From Squalus acanthias (taxonomy: Eukaryota): a DNA stretch of 64,000 bases. Shown here one piece after another: positions 26,001-38,085 of the stretch. The stretch's first letter is position 1; every line of letters starts with the position of its first letter. Where the stretch lies: the NCBI GenBank assembly GCA_030390025.1, contig CM059432.1, positions 64,234,001-64,298,000 on the forward strand. Direction: 5' to 3'. Position numbers and translations under genes: made by a program. The notes under the pieces are model-generated. The model made no database searches, had not been told where the DNA came from, and saw only the letters and a list, made by a program, of their open reading frames with translations.

Positions 26001-26656
26001 ATCTGCCAGTTTTCTTAAAGGCATATGCACCACACTTGTTTGACAGATGATTTGACAGTGTTTGACAGCATTGAGGTGCTGTCAAACACTGACAATCACT
26101 GTCCAAAGGTGAGCGCTTGCACCCCGGCCCTCCAATTACTCTCTCCTTAGGATAAAACAGATGGCAGCTGCAGCTCAGATTGCAGAAGCCATCTGTCACT
26201 TCTCCCGATGAGATGAGGCTACACAAACACTTCACAGCTTGTCACCTGCAGAAACATCTAACCACATTAAAAATTACTTTCACAACATGTCCTTACCTCT
26301 GATACTAACCAGTGTCCCATTGCATCCTTCACACCACTTCTGCAGCTGTCATCCAAACACCAACATAACAACAGACCCACAGCACGCCTCACTTACCCTG
26401 ACGGGGATCCCCGACGTCAGGAAGCCCGCAGCAACGGTCGAAAAATTGGAAAAAGCCTCTTAACTGCCTGTTAACAGGCAGTTAAGTGGGTATAATCCTC
26501 TTCCCGCCTGTAGGAGTCGGGACCCTGCGCAAATCGGGGACCCGACTCCTGGGAAGATTGGTTGGGAGTGGGTTTGGGATTCGCTCCCATTTTTGGGGAT
26601 TTTCTCAGCAGTGCCACCTCCAAACCCGCCTCCTCAGTGCTGGTAAAATCCAGCCC
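23060..26656 (+). mobile_element. Harbinger-derived MITE family M1, split by CR1
   Basis: TIRs gggctggattttac / gtaaaatccagccc; TSD TTT; homologous to 40990-41861. Confidence 0.85.
23219..26000 (+). mobile_element. CR1 LINE ORF2 (APE endonuclease + RT), nearly complete
   Basis: 659-aa ORF with ETW, YRPP, GDFN, SDH endonuclease motifs and RT motifs; stops and a deletion in the C-terminal part; CR1 tail. Confidence 0.95.
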
Positions 26657-29600
26657 TTTGTGTCCTCCTCACAGCATCAGGCAGGTGGACTCCAGCCATC
26701 GCTATTCCACTGGGCTCTAGATTTGTGTCATCATTCATCAGCGGGATGGCTGGTCTAATGGCATCTATCAGATCCTGAAAGCCCTGAGATACAGCAGTGG
26801 CCGCCATGGCCTTGAGGCTTGTATGCAGCTGCTTTCTGTTCTCTCCCCTCCGTGCTTCTGTGGAGGCACCAGCAGATGCCAGGTTGCTGCTTAGGTGTGA
26901 TTACAAACCTACATCACTTCAATCTGTGGTGTTTCAACATGTGTCACCTCTACATTACCCAAGGCTACTTCATCTTTATTCCTATGTTCCATGTGGAGTT
27001 TTCAAATTACGTAGCAAATCTTTCAAATTTTTAATTTATTTTTAATTTGAATAACTCAGATATGTTGTAGGGCCTATTAAATTTAACTATCACACTAATG
27101 AAGAGAGTGAAGCATTAATGTGTCAATAAAGATTTAATAAGTCAAATTGAAACCTATTACTAACTGCGTCATGCCAGTTGTTGTGGGGTTTTTTACTCTT
27201 CCCTCATGCGGGAGATGCAACAGTTTAAGTGATGAATCTCAGGCTATTTTATGCTTGGGACACAAGTCACGGTTGACTGGAGATTAATGTGACACTCGCT
27301 GAACTCAATTCATTTGCAGCCATCAGGGAACACGGATTTTCATCTCATTTCCTTAGGCTGAATTTGAACTTGGGCCTTCACAGGTGAAGGGCAGTGAATA
27401 AAATAAATGTTTTGTTATATTTGCAAAATATGTACATTTGATAGTTTTGCCAGTAGCTATCATTTAGGTTATGCACAAGGAAGAAGCAGAGTTGTTTGTC
27501 TGTCAGAAACCATTAGACATTCCCTCTTACCTAGTTAACTTTTATAGGAATTTCTGGATTATATTACCATTAGGAGCTTTTTTTTTGTGACTTTTATGCA
27601 GAGTGCAATAACACTCCAAAATGATGCAAGACACCGTGGGAATGTTGACTGGAAATAAAACTTTATTACATCCATGTGTTGCCCTCCCAAGGGCAAGTCC
27701 TTTTACACTTTTCATGAGATAAAATGAAAAGTGAGATGAGAAGTGTGAAAGGACTGTTTCTTGGGAGGGCCATATACTGTTTCAATAACATTTTATTTTC
27801 AGCCAGTGTTTCCTCAGCACTCAATGTGGACAAGTGCTGGACTCAACTACTGCTCTGAAAATGGGTACAAAAGTAATAGCTGCAGTTGTCCCGTTACGGC
27901 CATTGGTGGATAGAATGTAAAACTGCTAATACATTGGTGGATATCTCATTTTATTAAGTTCCTGGGTATTATTTATCTACCTTTCACCAATACACATCTA
28001 ACATTTAGCCTATTCATAGCTGAAAGCTTTGACTACAGGAATCGCTTACTGAAAGGGTGATGACGAGTTGGTTACATTTTCATCAACGAATTGGCAGTCT
28101 GTTTTACAACTCTCCTCATTTTTATTTCCATTAAAGCCAAAATCTACCCCCGTGAGTTGTAATGACAATGGTCCCAAAAATGCACGGTTGTCCTAGTAGA
28201 CTCCTGGGGTGGAACTTTAACCCCCAAAAATGGGTGAATTGGGGTCATGTGGGAGGTTAGAGAGTTAAAAATCTAAATCCTGACCCCCAACCCCCCACTT
28301 CCGATTTTAATGGAGGCAGGACGGGGGCGGGCAACCAGGAGGTGGGTTGGCACTTTAAATATTATAATGAGGCTCCATGCCTCACGGTGAGCTACCATTT
28401 TAAATTTAAATTTAAGTTTAATTCTGGCTGGTCAGGTTTCCCGGGCAACGGGGAACCGGCAGCAAAAGGAAGGCGAGGACTGCTGGATCCAGGAGGTAAG
28501 TGCCTTTCCACTTACCTGCTGGATCCAGCGTCCCTGCCTTGCCAAACCCTCGTGATCAGATAACCCCCCCTAACCCTTCCGATCTGCTCCCATGCCTTCG
28601 ATCTTCCCCTCGAGGTGTCCAACTGCACCCCCCCCCCACCGCCCGGCCCCGCCCCCCCAAGGCCTCCAATCCTCAGCCCCCAATCCCCTTCTGACCTCTC
28701 CCCTCCGGCCCCCGATCCCCCTCCGACCTTCAATTCTCTATGTCCGATCCCTCCCTCCTCTCTGTGGCCTGATGCCATGGGCCTAACCGCCCAACAGCTA
28801 ACCAGCCTTTCCATCTAGCTGGCTGCGGGCGGGAATCAATGCTTTGAAATGCTAATCAGACCCTGCCGTTAAATTCAGCAGGCCCTGTGGGAAACCCATT
28901 CTCCCTGGTTTCCCGATCCGCTTTCCAGCACTCACTGCTCCCTACCAGCCCCCAAATTAAATTTCCGACCCTGCTGTCAGTTTGGCGTGAGTCCACCAAA
29001 ATGGCTGCATACTCAGCCACAGTTTGCAGAATGGCTTTGTGGGGTGGAGCCATATCTGCCCCTACAAGGCCATTGATGTCAGGGAGGTGGAGCCCGGGGA
29101 CTAGAGAGACTGCATAATTTGGGAACTGTCGTAACCTGGCCCTCAGTCAGGATCTGGTGCAGCATCAACACAGGTATGCCTTGTCTCACCAGGTGCATCG
29201 TGCCGAAACCAGCTGATGTGTGGCCCTTCCACTGACCTTGTGAACTTTGGCAGGGTCAGTTGTAGGATTCTGTGGCAGGTGTATTCCCAGCATAACTGCC
29301 AGAATGGCGCCCATGTAGAATTTCTAAGCTAATGTCTATGAATGATAAGGCAATCATAGTATAGGAGAACAGAAAATTAAACTGCTGCAGATGGGGAAAT
29401 GTTGTTGCATATAATGACTGGAAGGATCGATTTAATTTTATTTAAAAAAATATTATGCTTAAATGATTGTTACTGCAGCCAATTGATTTTCTATTTGCCT
29501 TTTAAACAAATGAAAGCTGAACGATTTGCTGCTTTGTACCTTTCAGACTTCAGAATGTGTGTTGATAGAATAAGCAGTCAATCTCAAACCTGAATAAACT

Positions 29601-29917
29601 TGAAAGATTTACAAGAAAAAAAATACCATATACATATGACATGCAGCTGACATTTAGTCAACAAAGTGCCCAAGATTGTGACGTGTTTGTGCAAGGTTCT
29701 TTAACATGCATTTGGGAAATAACTGCATGGGACAATGGGATGTTAATGAAAATTCCACGTCCGTAGATGCAGCAACATTTCTCCATTTTCATTCTAACTT
29801 GTCATAAGCCTTCAGCTGTTTAATATTATTGAACAAAGAGCCAGCATAACTGAACAGAAGAGACAGGGGTGAGCAAAGCTTGACCAAGGGGATGCATTTA
29901 TAGTCCCTTCCGAGGTG

Positions 29918-30015
29918 TAAGCCTTGGTTCAGTGGTAGCGCTCTTACCTCTTGAGTTGGAGAGTTATGGATTCAAGCCCCACTCTAAGACTTGAGCACAT
30001 AATCCAGGCTGACAG
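29918..30015 (+). mobile_element. tRNA-derived SINE head (DeuSINE-like)
   Basis: A-box-like tggttcagtgg and B-box-like gattcaagcc, followed by acttgagcacataatccaggctgaca. Confidence 0.55.
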
Positions 30016-30017
30016 GA

Positions 30018-31277
30018 AATCATAGAACCATAGAATAATACAACACAGAAGGAGGCCATTTGACCCATTGGGCTGGATTTTGCCAGCCCTAGGGAGGCGG
30101 GTTTGGAGGCGGGACTGCTGGGAAAATGGCAGAATTTGGGGGTGGGTGCCGTATCGGGTCCCGTCTCCCTGGAGGCGGGAAGGGATTACAGCCACTTAAC
30201 TGCCTGTTAACAGGTAGTTAACAGGCATAAAATAGGATTATCCCCATTTTGCCCACACAAGTGCGGGCTTCCGAAGGCTCCGAAACCCACCAGGGTCACT
30301 GAGGCGAGCAGTGGGTCTGCGGGGGTCGGAGGGGTCCAAAAGTGTGCTGTGGAGGTGAGTGATGGGTGCAAGTGTGGAGAGGTGATTATCTGAGGTAAAT
30401 GCAAAGTGTTAGAAAAAGTGTACTTACCTTTGTTTCTTCCTGTAGACTTCAATCGGTGGGTATGCGGAGAGTCTCGCACCTCCGTGGTAGAGATGACAGA
30501 TGGCCGTTGCATTCTCCGATACAGCAACCACCTAATTTCTACAAAAGAAAGAGGTTTGATGAGGTCTTGAATTCAAGAACTCATCAAACTACAGAGAATG
30601 TCAGTGTTTGACAGCTTCACAGAGCTGTCAAATGATGACAATTCATCTGTCAAACATTTTCGACAGATGAAACGTCATACATTGACGTTCTCTGTAACCG
30701 GCTTTCCCTTAATTGGCCTGCTAAGCCCGCTGGGCGGGCTTAACAAGGTCGATCAAGGGAAAATAGCGTGGGTTGGCCAGAAATTGATGGAGGCGGGACT
30801 GAAACCCGACAAATGGAGTCCCGCCTCCAAAAGCTCCCCATTGGCAAAATCCAGCCAATTGTGTCTGTGCTTGCTCTTTGAAAGAGCAATCCAATTAGTC
30901 CCACTCCCCTGCTCTTTCTCCACAGCCCTGCAAATATTTCCTTTTCAAGCATAGATCCAATACCCTCCTGAAAGTTACTATTGAATTTGCTTAAGGTAGT
31001 GAATTCCAGATGATGATAACTTGCTGCGTAAAAAAAATTCTCCTCATTCCCCCACCCCCCTAGATTTTTCACCAATTTATCTTCAATCTGTGTCCTCCGG
31101 TTATCGAACCTTCTGCCAGTGGAAGCAGTTTCTCCCTATCTACTCTATCAAAACCCTTCATAAATTTGAACCCCTCTAATTAAACTCCCCTCTAAGGAGA
31201 ACAATCCCAGCTTCTCCAGTCTCTCCACACAACTGAAGTCCCACATCCCTGGTACCATTCTAGTAAATCTCCTCTGC
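30018..31277 (-). mobile_element. CR1 3' fragment split by MITE M1
   Basis: Reverse CR1 tail (atcatagaa...) continues at 30861. Confidence 0.75.
30070..30857 (-). mobile_element. MITE family M1 copy
   Basis: TIRs gggctggattttgcca / tggcaaaatccagcca; TSD ATT. Confidence 0.85.
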
Positions 31278-31450
31278 TGAAAACTCTCAGCAGGTCAGTC
31301 AACATCTGTGGAGAGAAGTTAACATTTCAAACCCTTCTTCAAAACCTAAAATGTTAACTTGTCTGTTCTCTCCTGCTAAATGACCTGCTGAGAATTTCCA
31401 GCCTTTTTAAAATTTTATCACAGATTTCCAGCATCTACTGTATTTTGACT
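31278..31450. mobile_element. Degenerate palindromic family-B Penelope-type repeat
   Basis: ctcagcaggtca...gttaacattt faces aaatgttaact...tgacctgctgag. Confidence 0.6.
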
Positions 31451-32125
31451 TGGTTCACTGCTTTTGTCACCTTCACATTAAAACCAAATCAATGGCCCTG
31501 TTTTTTGGAGAGCTGGACAGCTTCAATGCCCTGAAGCCCAATTATTTTACATTCTAAATGCACTTCTCCAGCAGAGAACTATTTTGCTCTTTCTATATAT
31601 TTTTAGATTTAAAAGTGGGTTCTGTTATATCCTTTATGACTGCCAGTGCTATGGAATCTGCTCCACTGACATTGCAGAGCAAACATCATGGCACCAATGG
31701 CAACTGAAAAAGATGTACACAAGGGCAATGTTACAAAACATGGTTATTTCTGGACCTTCTCCAACAGCTAGGCAAGGACCACATGGCTAGCGCTGTGTAA
31801 ACCACATTGCTGCCCTATATGCAGGGTCACAAGCATTTTTGTGTAGAATATGCAAAAATTATCCCACCCCATAAAAATTGCACCATCCAGTAAAAATTGT
31901 CCTGCTCCATTCTCCTCCCTACTCCTGCCCTGTGCTGTCATGGGACATCAAAGTCTGCTCCATGATCTGGGTAGGAATTCCTAATCTTGCAATAATTTTC
32001 CAAAAAGTAACATTTTCTATCCACAGTGTGCAGCAAAGTTCAATCCCCTGGAACAGCACAGGTCGGAGCCGAAGCAGTGGTGAAAGGGTGAATCAAGGAA
32101 AGCTGACTTTATGAACAATGAGGAG

Positions 32126-32126
32126 C

Positions 32127-32158
<32 letters not shown>

Positions 32159-32440
32159 GGTGGGAGAAGGGTGCCAGTATGAATTAGGAGGCGGGGGGGA
32201 ATAGTGCTGATGTGAACTGTGACAAGGAGTGAAGACTGCCAGTATGAAATGGTGGGGGGAGGAGAGACTAGCCGCTTAAACTGAGGGGAAAAAAATGCCA
32301 CTGTGAACCGGAGCAGAGGAAAACAGAGCCAGCATGCACCAGGGCAGGAAGGGTAGATTAGTGCCAGTATGAACTAGGGGAGGGCGAATACTGCCACTGT
32401 GAACTGGAGAGAAGGGAGAAAAGTACCAGTGTGAACTGGG
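32126..32440 (+). repeat. (GA)n followed by a degenerate ~32-bp minisatellite (core TGCCAGTRTGAACT)
   Basis: Cores at ~32172, 32205, 32237, 32268, 32296, 32327, 32362, 32392, 32424. Confidence 0.7.
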
Positions 32441-32943
32441 AGGGAGAAGAGTAGCTCCATAAATTTGAAAGGGAAAGGAAACTAAACATTTAACATTCAG
32501 TGAAATTATTTTAAAACAATTTACCAGTCAGATTTAGTAACATTTAATACCGAAATATATCCACAATAGTCAGGAGAAGTGAAGGAAAATCCCTGCAACT
32601 TTTGCCACAATCTCTTGCAATTTTCCAGTGGCGATGCCTATACAGCTCTCTAACCACCAAAAAATCAGGGCCAGCATTTACATTTGCCACCAGTGATGCT
32701 GCTACTTACAGAACAAGCTTCACCTTGTTTATAGCACAGGGCTGCTACTGAAGTCAAGGCTGCTGTTAGCAGCAGCACTGTAACAGAAAGATGTCATTAA
32801 TTTAACAACATCTGGATCTAGTCTGAAAATGGAGTTCAGAATCCAAATAAAGTTAAATCAACATGAGTATTATCTTTGAATATTTATGAATGAACCTTTA
32901 AAGAATAGTCCAGCACTTCACTAGAATAATTTCCTGAAATAAT

Positions 32944-33676
32944 GGTCCTGAAATCGCGGTCTCCGTGACGGAGTTGCCTTGTAAAAGGCCCCGTACTTTC
33001 CGGGTTTCCGCTTGCGCTGCACATGCGTGAAAACACAGAACCTGCGATCTGTCAAGATTCGCCTTGACGGATCGTCCGCCTGCGACCCAAAAACACATTC
33101 GCTGGCCCAGAGTTCGGCTATTTGTCCAACTACTGCCCAGCAAATGCACACAAAACACTTTTGCCTGGTAAAAGCAAGTGTAGGGCCTGCTTTTACCAGC
33201 GTAAGGGTAAATTAAAATTAAAAAAATTAAAAAACATACGCAAATACTTAATTAGTTTATAAAAATTTAGGCCTGGATTAAAATGTTTTAAATTATTTTT
33301 CAAACAATTTAATTTTTATTTTAAATGCTTCATTAAAGGGACTTTTAATTAATTTTGAAAATGAGAACATTTATTTTTATTTCAGTTGTGTAAATTATTT
33401 ATTTGGAGATTGCTCATATGCTAATAAGGATTCCATTTGTAAATGGAATCCCCATAAGCGTAACAGGAATCCTCCTTTCTGATTGGAGGACCTGGCCCAC
33501 ATGATCCCAGGGACGTTTCCGAACCGCCTGCGTCCCTGGGATCCGTGGGCCTTTACGCAGGCATATACCTGTAGGCCCAAAACCCGAAGCCCAAGATCCA
33601 GCAAGTAGGTTCGGATTTTTTTTTCGGGTCGGAGGTGTACTCCGGAGGTACGCCTCCGACTGCAAATTTCGGCCCA
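32944..33676. mobile_element. MITE-like element with GC-rich ends and AT-rich centre
   Basis: Imperfect TIRs ggtcctgaaatcgcggtc / gactgcaaatttcggccc. Confidence 0.55.
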
Positions 33677-34589
33677 AAAATTATAGTGTGTTTTTTCGGG
33701 GGGAAAAAATCAGTCATATAGGTGCTTAGAATGTAGAATAATGTTAATGGATTCTGAGGAGAAAAGTGTCCTTGCCACCTTGTGTGACAGGAGCAGCACA
33801 TGATTGCCTGGCATGAACAAGACATACAATGCAGCCTAGGGATATTATTCATTTAAATTAAGTCTACAAATTTGGAACAGAGCCTGAAAATTTAGATTTT
33901 CTGAATTAAGTATCGTGAGGTTACTATGCAAATATGGAAACATCATTCCATGGCATTTCGAACTAAGCCATCAACAAATTTGGATTAATTTTTTCCACTA
34001 AACCGTTAAGAAACTGGACATACACCTAATACTCGATTGCAAGGCAGGTGGCTGCAACTACATCAGTGTTCTTATGGGAAACTTGGATAATTTCCTCATC
34101 GAATCAACAGGACCAGCTGTAAACTTAGATATTTTTGCCTTCTAGACTGAAATGGATCAGGCATAGGCCTAACACTAGACCACCGGGGAATTACGTATTA
34201 GACTGGATGGAAATCATCATTAGACCATTGTTAAGCCTAGATACAAATCCACCACTAAAACATCATGAAGCCTGCAGAAGTAAATTGCTATATGTACTGA
34301 TAGCTTAAGTAAATGTGTGAAGATTTCCTTCAGTTGGTATTTCTAGTGAAATCATAAATGCATTTTTTCTTTTTGAATCTGTTTTCAATTCATCAGAGGT
34401 CCTGACCAGAGAAAATCTGTTTATGATGTTGTTGGGGGTAACCCAGCGCTAAAGCATCAAGAAACTTGGAGATAAAAGAAAAGGGAGAATTGGAATGCAG
34501 AGTTCAAATTGGAAATGAGAATAGGGAAGAAAATATAACTGAAATGGTAAGATTTTAAATGTTATGGATGAATAGAAGTCGAGGAATCG

Positions 34590-36688
34590 TGGCGAAAAAT
34601 TGTGGCCACCACTCTAGCGCCCTTCCCTGGTGTGGGACTCAGTGGCCACCATTTTGGTGAGGGCCTTAGTGCTGCCGCTTGCAGCGCTGGCCCTGGAGAT
34701 GTAAATGAAGAGAGGGTGACGTCAGTTGCCATGCAACGGCGAATTAAAGTCACCGCTGCGAACTTCGACCATAGCGCTGAGTTCAGCAGACTGAGAGATG
34801 CTGTCAGCACCTCTTAAAAGGACACACACATCTTTCAAGTAAGTTTGCATTTAAGCTTTTGGACTGAATATTTTTTTCTTTTATTGAAGTAGTGGCTTGG
34901 TGCAATGCATGTTAAAAGTTTTTTTTTAAGTGTGCAGGGAGTGCTGCTGGATGCTTGCAAGGCCTCAGATGGTAAAGGAAGCCCACTGAAAAGACAGAAA
35001 ATGCTGGAAATACTCAGCAGGTCAGGTAGCATCTGTGGGGAGAGAAACAGAGTTCACGTCTCAGGTTGAGATGCTGCCTGACCTGCTCAGTATTTCCAGC
35101 ATTTTAAGCTTTTATTTCAGATTTACAGCATTTGCTCGCAGAGGGAAGAGGAAGACACAGAAGAGGAAGATGCAGAAGAGAAAGAAGGAGAAGAGGAGAG
35201 AGCAGAAGAGGAGGGAGCAGAAGATGAGGAAGCAGAAGGAAGGATGCAATCCAAACAGTCGCTTTCTGGCCGGGATATCTGGATGGAATGATCCGCCTGC
35301 GGTACCAGTGACCACAACCCCAATTCCCCTTTCAACATTCGTCCCACACCTTCCCTTCCCTCTGTTACTGACCATCACAGCAACCTCTTGGCCACAATGC
35401 TGAAATAAAAGCCACCACAATGCAAACTTTCCAATCCAACTTTATACATCTATCCATCCACTATCACATCAATAAATCAACTAATCACCCTTATGCATTC
35501 CCTTAGTGACTGTCTTGTGTGTGCCTTTGCCTATCCTAGTAATGTCATGTAGTGCTACCCCAGTGACTGCAGCATGGCTGGTGGAGGCTGCTGACTTTGT
35601 GGGGGACACTGCAAATGGCCTTGCTGCTCGACCTTGAGGAGCTGGTGGCTGGGAGTGTCAAATCGAGTGATGGTGTTGTTGTTTCTTCTACTACTTCTCC
35701 TTCTTCAACCATTGGCTGGGAAGGCTATATTTATTGGGTGTGTGAAATGAGGAAGGCACAAGGGTGGAGTTGTGGTGAGGAGAGGGCGGGAAAGCAAGAG
35801 GTTCATGCGAGAAGGAGGATAATGTATGAGGATAGTGACATTTTGTATCCTATCAGCCCTGCCACTGGCCAAGGGCTCAGCCATGCCCCTGCTAAGAATG
35901 CCCTGCACCATCGCCTCCAAGGGGGTGAGGTGAGGCTAGGAATGGGAGCTAGTCACAGGTGTGCCTTGTGTTTGGTACGGATTGTTGGTAGGTGAGAGAT
36001 TGTGGGGTGGGGGCGGGGGGGAAATCATGCATTGAGCAGTGTGTGAGGCTAGTGGTGCAGCTGGTAGGAGATGGCTCTTGAAGGTGCATTCACTGACCTT
36101 GACCACTGGTCTGAGGTCATGAAGCTTCTTTGGGCACTGGAGCCAGGTGGTGGGGGCGACACTGCTGGCAGTGATGGCCTCGGTGATGCGGTCCCACATC
36201 GTTCTTTCTGGAGGACCTCCTGGCCCCTGTGGGTAGAGGACCTCTCTTGCAGTTTTGACCCCCTGCACAAAGCTGGAGTGCTGCGTGCGAGACCCTGGGA
36301 TCCCCTTCCTTGGATTGCTGAGCCATTTGTGTTAGTGCTGAAGTACTTTTCCCATTTTTTTTTTTAGGTGCAGAAGGGAATTCAACTTTAAGAGCTGAAG
36401 ACTCTCATTTGGAAACTCTTTGTTAATTTTTTTCCCAGCAGGCAGTTGAGCTGTAATGGCTAAAAAACGCCTATTTTTACATAATTTTGATTTTTTTCAT
36501 TTCAGAAGGCAGTTCCCCTTTACGCACCTGATACTGCTTTCTGAAATGACAGCCTCGCTTTCAGAGCAAGCTCTTCTTGCTGCAATGACGTTTTGGCCAC
36601 GCTGCATTGGGGCCTCCTGCCGGGACAAACGCCACCAGGCCCACGGTGACACCGGCAGCTTTTGTGGCGTTCACGAATTTCTAGGCCT
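34590..36688. mobile_element. Degenerate Harbinger relic D
   Basis: Minus-strand Myb remnant 36326-36095 (REVLYP...WLQCPKKLHDL...KV|GTCAGT); acidic transposase-tail remnant ~35140-35290 on the plus strand. Confidence 0.6.
34993..35135. mobile_element. Palindromic family-B Penelope-type repeat (ribozyme core lost)
   Basis: aaaatgctggaaatactcagcaggtcagg...cctgacctgctcagtatttccagcatttt inverted arms. Confidence 0.65.
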
Positions 36689-36894
36689 ATGATTCTATGA
36701 AATTGAAATATACCAAGTTGGACCAGTCCAGATTTTGACTTTGGGCTTTCTCACTCTCCTCTGGTGGAGCCCACTTCTCAAGATCATCTCAGATTAGAAA
36801 CAAATTTTCAGATAAAATGCTTCCCATGCACAAAACAATTTCCATGTAATCCGATAGAAAATGTGAAGACTCACGTTAATTATATAGCAGCACA

Positions 36895-38085
36895 AAATGT
36901 CACTAGCTTGGTGGATAGGGTTGAGTCTATGGATGTTGTCTATATGGACTTCCAACAGGCATTTGATAAGGTTCTGTTCAAGAGATTCGTAGCAAAAATG
37001 AAAGCGCGTGGAATTAGAGGTAATCGGGACAGAGAGCATTCTCTGATTGACAGAATGTTCCCCAGGGATCTGTACTGGGTCCTTAGCTTTTCACCATATG
37101 CATTAATGACTTAGATGAAGAAATCGAGAGATGACACTAAGTTAGAAGGCACAGTAAATTGTGCAGATGGGACCAGGAAGTTACAAAGCACATAGACAGA
37201 CTAAGCAAGTGGGCAAAACTATGGCAAGTGGAGTTCAATGTGGGGAAGTATGATCCAGTTTGGATTCGAAAAAGACAAATCGGAATATTACATAATGGAG
37301 AGAGACTAGGGGGCAAAATTTGGTTGCTTTGCACCTGCCGTTAGGGCGCAAAGCAACTAGCTCCCAGGCGTGGCGCCGCTAACGCCTCCCGCGAAATTCA
37401 GCGGGAGGTTAGCAGCGGCGGTAGCCGGTAGCGCCCCACGCCTCCGCCAATGAAGTCATCGCCGTGCAAAGCGGCCCCGCTCCGGCCGCAAACTTCGGTC
37501 GCGCCCCCTGATGTACCGCCGGACGCTATATCCGACAGGGTCAGTGGGGAGTCCTTGCGGCCAGGGCAGCGATATTTAAAGGGGAGGTGCCAGGCAGCTA
37601 TTTTTTTTGTGTGCCGCCTGCCAGCACCTGCCCCCTCTGCCCTCCTCCCGCGATCCATCAGCCCGGCACTCTTATTGAGTGCCGGGCCTTTTGCTAGCAC
37701 CGCGCTCCCTGGTGGCATAGCAGGGCCCCGGTTCACGCTGTGCAAGCCCCTCCCCTTTAATAAGGGAGGGAGGCCTGCAGTACCACGGCGCTATGTGCCT
37801 CTGTGGCACATAGCCCTGCAATATTGAACTGGAGAGCCCCAAGAGGGAGGGAGAGTGCTTCCAGTAGTGCCCCGCCTCCTGCTTGGGGCACTACCATTCA
37901 GTTTTCGGGGCGCTAAAAGTAGCGCCCTGGTGAAGTTAGTGCCTCAAAGGGAGCGCGAGCCAATTTTTCCCCCTAGGAGCTGTGGAGCAGCAAAAGGATT
38001 TAGGTGTCCATGTACACAAGTCAACAAAAGCTAGTGCACAAGTACAAAAAGTAATCAAAAAGGCTAGTGGTATGTTGACCTTTAT
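36895..38085 (+). mobile_element. Old CR1 RT fragment split by a GC-rich MITE
   Basis: VYMDFQQAFDKV; the sequence continues across the TAG duplication. Confidence 0.75.
37310..37973. mobile_element. GC-rich MITE family M2
   Basis: TIRs ggggcaaaatt / aatttttccccc; TSD TAG; homologous to 49084-49856. Confidence 0.85.

Larger units (their letters stand above)
22045..26676 (-). mobile_element. CR1 LINE 3' part (22045-23059 and 26660-26676) hosting nested insertions
   Basis: Reverse-strand CR1 tail and LVRPHLEYCAQFWSP. The host reads contiguously (cagactctttgtgtcctcc) once the MITE is removed. Confidence 0.85.

Noticed and set aside
28500..28818. Proline-rich ORFs
   Set aside because: C-rich low-complexity interior of a probable MITE-like repeat; no splice or domain support.
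29918..29990. tRNA gene
   Set aside because: Only degenerate A/B boxes with no cloverleaf; it continues into SINE body sequence. The same applies to 50655-51712.
32170..32440. CRISPR array
   Set aside because: Vertebrate context, short degenerate non-palindromic repeats, low-complexity spacers and no cas genes.
35035..35420. K/R/E-rich and F/L/S-rich ORFs
   Set aside because: Alternative frames of a purine-rich acidic-tail remnant plus a repeat insertion.
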